Below are positions 61,301 through 64,000 of a DNA stretch of 64,000 nt, piece by piece. The translations under genes were made by a program, and so were the position numbers. Under the pieces are notes generated by a model that was not told the DNA's origin, searched no databases, and worked only from the letters and a program-made list of their open reading frames with translations. The stretch is from Anaeromyxobacteraceae bacterium (GTDB lineage Bacteria; Myxococcota; Myxococcia; Myxococcales; Anaeromyxobacteraceae). Within the stretch, counting starts at the first letter, position 1. Every line of letters begins with the position of its first letter. The stretch spans positions 832,001 to 896,000 of the forward strand of contig JASGHJ010000002.1 in NCBI GenBank assembly GCA_047602405.1, in the 5' to 3' direction.

Positions 61301-61331
61301 GTGGAAGCGGGGCCAGCGCGGCCTCCTCTGA
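58302..61331 (+). CDS. Fused NfnA-NfnB (SudB/SudA-like) electron-bifurcating transhydrogenase with C-terminal Cys-rich and rubrerythrin/ferritin-like domains
   Basis: ERIPLT, GGGLGVAP, MVDGTGMCGSCR..CVDGP (NfnA); RCIQC..CIAGCP, CGRVCPQESQCE, GSGPAG, GAGNTAMD, FAGGD (NfnB); CxxC pairs and two EREH motifs. Confidence 0.9.
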   Translation: MFRIVRREAFSDTTFLWEVEAPDVAASAEPGHFVMVRLHEGSERIPLTVADFDRERGTITMVIQALGKTTKEMMARYAEGDAFDDFVGPLGLPQHVGKVGHVVLVGGGLGVAPVYPQLRAFKAAGNRTTGVIGFRSKGLVFWEDRFRDHCDDLVVCTDDGSYGKPGFVTQALKELCEKDRPDLVVAIGPLPMMNACVETTRPFGVKTMVSLNAIMVDGTGMCGSCRVTVDGKVKFACVDGPDFDGHQVDFKELTARQRRFKAQEAAAGEDYAHVCNLEKQLFEEQKRNYKKLKELQPTQTHMPERDALERARNFKEVNLGYRLEEALVEAERCIQCAKPTCIAGCPVGIDIPKFIRHLLVRDLDGALQAIHGSNLFPSICGRVCPQESQCEAQCIIAKKMEPVAIGRLERFVGDHAIPEAPAGRRVAGLGKVAVCGSGPAGLACAADLVRMGADVTVYEALHVVGGVLRYGIPAFRLPREIIDREVRYLESLGVRFVTNRVIGKTFTVPQLMKDRGYDAVFLGVGAGAPAFLGIPGEFAGQVYSANEFLTRVNLMGGDRFPYLDTPIALGKSVVVVGAGNTAMDCLRVAKRLGVPTVRCVYRRSEAEAPARIEELRHAKEEGIEFHFLHSPTEIITDEGGNVKGMKVERMVLGEPDAKGRRKPIGTGELVELACDTVIAALGTKANPIVAGSTPGLQTDPRGNIAADDGGPGATQATSLPGVFAGGDIVTGGATVILAMGAGRRAARAIGAYLSLGKKWPLAREDVDAFEPPTPALEPAEAPARFAGATAQAGALQAAVGACPRCHQPIEGDESYVCCAGASLSWRCTACGKVDEGFAFPYGQCRACGGRLETVTPREVAGAAPLEAVRTAFEIELGGMAFYGRAAEEAKDPELKELFGRFAGMEREHMATLSRRYHVRPPDPSEGFHTDRAAVYAGIPSHPGDPANLFRIAIAFEQRAVEFFEGRVGQTAAGSPERQLYLELAAEEREHVDRLVTELERWKRGQRGLL

Positions 61332-61443
61332 GCGGGGGCGAAGCCCCGGGAGCACGGGCGCACCCCGGCGAGGGCCCGCCATTTCCCGGTTGGCCCTCGC
61401 GTCGACTTCGGGTTAAGGCCTCCTTCTCCCCGGAGGGTGGACC

Positions 61444-62271
61444 ATGCGGCTCGACGACGACGGCGATCGCTCGAACGTGGAGGACCGGCGCGGCCTCGGC
61501 GGCGCGGGCGTGAAGCTCGGGCTCGGCGGCACGCTCGTGCTGATCGTGCTCTCGCTCGTCTTCAAGCAGGACATGTTCGCCCTCCTCGGCACCTCGCCGG
61601 GCGGCAGCGGCGGCGGCGCGGTCTCGCAGGAGGAGGCGCAGCAGCGCACGGCCGCCGAGCAGGCGCTCGAGAAGACCGCCGTGGCGACCTTCAACGACGC
61701 CCAGCGGCGCTTCGCCTCGATGGTGCGCGGCTACCGCCCGGCGAAGCTCGTGCTGTTCTGGGACCGGGTCGACTCGGGCTGCGGCGCCGCCGAGGCGGCG
61801 ATGGGGCCGTTCTACTGCCCGGCCGACGAGAAGGTGTACATCGACCTCGGCTTCTACCGGGAGCTCGCCTCGCGCTTCGGCGCGCCGGGCCAGTTCGCGC
61901 AGGCGTACGTCATCGCCCACGAGGTCGGCCACCACGTCCAGAACGTGCTCGGCACCTCCGAGAAGGTGCACGACGCGCAGGCGCGCGACCCCGGCCAGCG
62001 GAACCCGCTCTCGGTGCGGCTCGAGCTGCAGGCCGACTGCTACGCGGGCGCGTGGGGCCAGACGGCGCAGCAGCGCGACCTGCTCGATCCGGGCGAGGTC
62101 GAGCAGGGGCTGCGCGCCGCGGCGGCCGTCGGCGACGACCGGATCCAGAAGGCCGCGACCGGCCGCGTGAACCCCGAGGCGTTCACGCACGGCTCCGCCG
62201 AGCAGCGGATGCGCTGGTTCAAGACCGGCATGGACGCGGGCGACCTCGCGGCGTGCGACACGTTCCGGTAG
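61444..62271 (+). CDS. YpfJ-like neutral zinc metallopeptidase
   Basis: SNVEDRRG, GPFYCPAD, AHEVGHHVQ, ELQADCYAG, FTHGSAEQR. Confidence 0.92.
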   Translation: MRLDDDGDRSNVEDRRGLGGAGVKLGLGGTLVLIVLSLVFKQDMFALLGTSPGGSGGGAVSQEEAQQRTAAEQALEKTAVATFNDAQRRFASMVRGYRPAKLVLFWDRVDSGCGAAEAAMGPFYCPADEKVYIDLGFYRELASRFGAPGQFAQAYVIAHEVGHHVQNVLGTSEKVHDAQARDPGQRNPLSVRLELQADCYAGAWGQTAQQRDLLDPGEVEQGLRAAAAVGDDRIQKAATGRVNPEAFTHGSAEQRMRWFKTGMDAGDLAACDTFR

Positions 62272-62272
62272 T

Positions 62273-62490
62273 CCGTACGTCCCGAGCCGCTGCCCGTACG
62301 TCCCGAGCCCTGCCCGTACCGAGCCGCTACCCGCACGTCCCGAGCCGCTGCCCGTCCCGAGCCGCTACCCGTACGTCCCGAGCCGCTACCCGCAGGTCCC
62401 GAGTTGCTACCCGCAGGTCCCGAGCCCTGCCCGTACGTCCCGAGCCCTGCCCGTACGTCCCGAGCCCTGCCCGTACGTCCCGAGCGTAGC
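62273..62490 (+). repeat. Tandem array of about 11 imperfect 17-21-bp units (CCGTACGTCCCGAGCC[G]CT[G/A]C)
   Basis: Units read directly; no unique spacers. Confidence 0.92.
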
Positions 62491-62532
62491 CGCCGCGCAG
62501 CGGCGGCGGAGACGAGGGACGGAGACGAGGGA
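62471..62532 (+). repeat. REP-like palindromic element, copy C, with duplicated right end
   Basis: CCGTACGTCCCGAGCGTAGCCGCCGCGCAGCGGCGGCGGAGACGAGGGA followed by a second GGAGACGAGGGA. Confidence 0.8.
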
Positions 62533-62537
62533 GCGAC

Positions 62538-62723
62538 CTACCGTCCCCGCTGGCTCGCCCGCCGGGTCTGGTGGGCGACGAACGGGTTCGACGGCTTCGC
62601 GGCCTGGCGGACCAGCCCCTCGGGCTTCGCGTCCGGGCCGTGCGCGTGCTCCTCGCCCGCGGCGACCGGGGTGGCCCGGTGGACCGGCTTCCCGTCCTTC
62701 TTCCGCTTCTTCGAGACCGGCAT
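62538..62723 (-). CDS. Small basic hypothetical protein
   Basis: SD GGAGG upstream; MPVSKKRKKDGKPVHR... Confidence 0.7.
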   Translation of the reverse strand: MPVSKKRKKDGKPVHRATPVAAGEEHAHGPDAKPEGLVRQAAKPSNPFVAHQTRRASQRGR

Positions 62724-62930
62724 TCGCGTGTTCCTCCGCGCAAAGGCTAGCACGCGTCCGGCGGGCAGGCCCGGCCTCCGGCGCCGGAAATCCGGGCGCC
62801 CCGCATCCCTTGCGCGCCGGCAAGCGGTCCGCGCGAGCTTGGCGGGACGCCGGGTCGGGGATCCCCCGCAATGGCGAGGGGATCCGCGGTAGATGGAGGT
62901 CCACCCGCGACACCCGGTCGCGGCCGGCCG

Positions 62931-62946
62931 CGGCACGCGGCTTGCC
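62931..62946 (+). promoter_or_regulatory. Sigma54 (-24/-12) promoter
   Basis: CGGCACGCGGCTTGC is GG-N10-GC with GGCAC and TTGC boxes, about 40 nt upstream of the ATG at 62988. Confidence 0.7.
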
Positions 62947-62987
62947 TGTGCGGGCGGTGCCGAACCCCGAGAATTCCGGAGGAATCG

Positions 62988-64000
62988 ATGAAGAAGGTGC
63001 TCGAGGCGCTCGCCTCCCTCAAGGTCGTCGTGCTGCTGCTCGTCCTGCTCCTGGTCGGGCTGGCGGCCGGCACCATCACGGAGTCGAAGATGGGCACCGA
63101 GGTCGCCCAGCGCGCCGTGTACTACGCTTGGTGGTTCCTGCTCCTCCAGGGCGTGTTCGCGACGAGCGTCATCGCCTCGCTCATCCAGCACTTCCCGTGG
63201 GGGAAGGAGCGGCTCGGGTTCCTGACCCTGCACGCCTCGCTCGTCATCATCTTCCTCGGGTCGGCGGTCACCTACTTCTGGAAGACCGAGGGCCAGCTCG
63301 GGCTGTGGGAGGGCGAGACCGGGAGCCGAATCCACGACCCGGCCTCGGGCGTCGCGACCCCGCACGCGCTGCCCTTCCAGGTGAGGCTCATCGACTTCAA
63401 GCTCGACCGCTACCCGGGCACGATGCGGCCGGCGATGTTCTCGTCGATCGTCGAGATCATCGACGAGACCGGCACGCGCCAGGAGCGGATCTGGATGAAC
63501 CACCCGCTCCACTACAAGGGCTACAGCCTCTTCCAGTCGAGCTACCAGCAGCAGGGCGACCGCGAGGCCTCGGTGTTCTCGGTCTCGAAGGACCCCGGCC
63601 AGAACATCGTGTTCCTGGGCTACGCGCTCCTCGTGGGCGGCATGTGCCTCGTGCTCTTCACCCGCGCCGCGCAGGTGAAGAAGAAGGCCGCGATGGAGGC
63701 CGCGCTCGGCCTCGGCGAGAAGGCGGCGATGATCCTCGTGCTCGGCGCGCTCGCGCTGCCCGCCCAGGCGCTCGACCCGGCCCAGCTCGAGGCGATCCGC
63801 CGGCTGCCGGTGCAGCACGACGGCCGCAGCATGCCGCTCGACACGCAGGCGCGCGAGGCGGTCTGGAAGGTGACGGGCTCCTACCGGTTCGAGGGCGAGG
63901 ACCCGGTCGCGACCGTGATGCGCTGGACCTTCGATCCCCAGGCGGCCACCCAGCAGAAGCTCGTCAAGCTCGGCAGCTCGGATCTCGCCCTCGCCGCCGG
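62988..64000 (+). CDS. Cytochrome c biogenesis protein (ResB-like, probably CcsBA fusion), 5' part; runs off the right edge
   Basis: SD GGAGG; LASLK..V.LL, VYYAWWF, LHAS...I, YPGT..P, IWMNHPL.YKGY.LFQSSY, DPG, VQHDGR..PLDT. Confidence 0.85.
   Translation, partial: MKKVLEALASLKVVVLLLVLLLVGLAAGTITESKMGTEVAQRAVYYAWWFLLLQGVFATSVIASLIQHFPWGKERLGFLTLHASLVIIFLGSAVTYFWKTEGQLGLWEGETGSRIHDPASGVATPHALPFQVRLIDFKLDRYPGTMRPAMFSSIVEIIDETGTRQERIWMNHPLHYKGYSLFQSSYQQQGDREASVFSVSKDPGQNIVFLGYALLVGGMCLVLFTRAAQVKKKAAMEAALGLGEKAAMILVLGALALPAQALDPAQLEAIRRLPVQHDGRSMPLDTQAREAVWKVTGSYRFEGEDPVATVMRWTFDPQAATQQKLVKLGSSDLALAA

Noticed and set aside
62273..62490. Possible CRISPR array
   Set aside because: Units are contiguous with no unique spacers, and there are no cas genes.

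Overview
Very GC-rich bacterial chromosomal window. Gene content points to an Anaeromyxobacter-like member of Myxococcota (inference from carD with a histone-H1-like tail plus carG, bacterial topoisomerase VI, multiheme cytochromes and Ser/Thr kinases). It is densely coding, with about 63 genes. No rRNA, tRNA, CRISPR array or transposase was seen. Main loci: a complete hoxEFUYH-hoxW group 3d [NiFe]-hydrogenase operon behind a Tat-exported split-Soret-type cytochrome; carD-carG; an orphan DpnA/M.DpnIIB-like DNA methyltransferase; an ECF sigma factor coupled to a Ser/Thr kinase-TPR protein; a rifampin-phosphotransferase-like PEP-utilising enzyme; archaeal-type top6B-top6A followed by a 42-aa protamine-like gene; a single-chain NfnA-NfnB-Cys-rich-rubrerythrin fusion; and a sigma54-preceded cytochrome c biogenesis gene. 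Two sequence-level patterns stand out. First, nine of the ten frameshifts found lie in or beside a GATC site, which looks like a methylation-linked base-calling scar that matches the methyltransferase in the window. Second, a REP-like palindromic element occurs three times between convergent genes, once in-frame inside a gene, and once seeds a tandem array. Most long ORFs in the six-frame track are antisense shadows of real genes.
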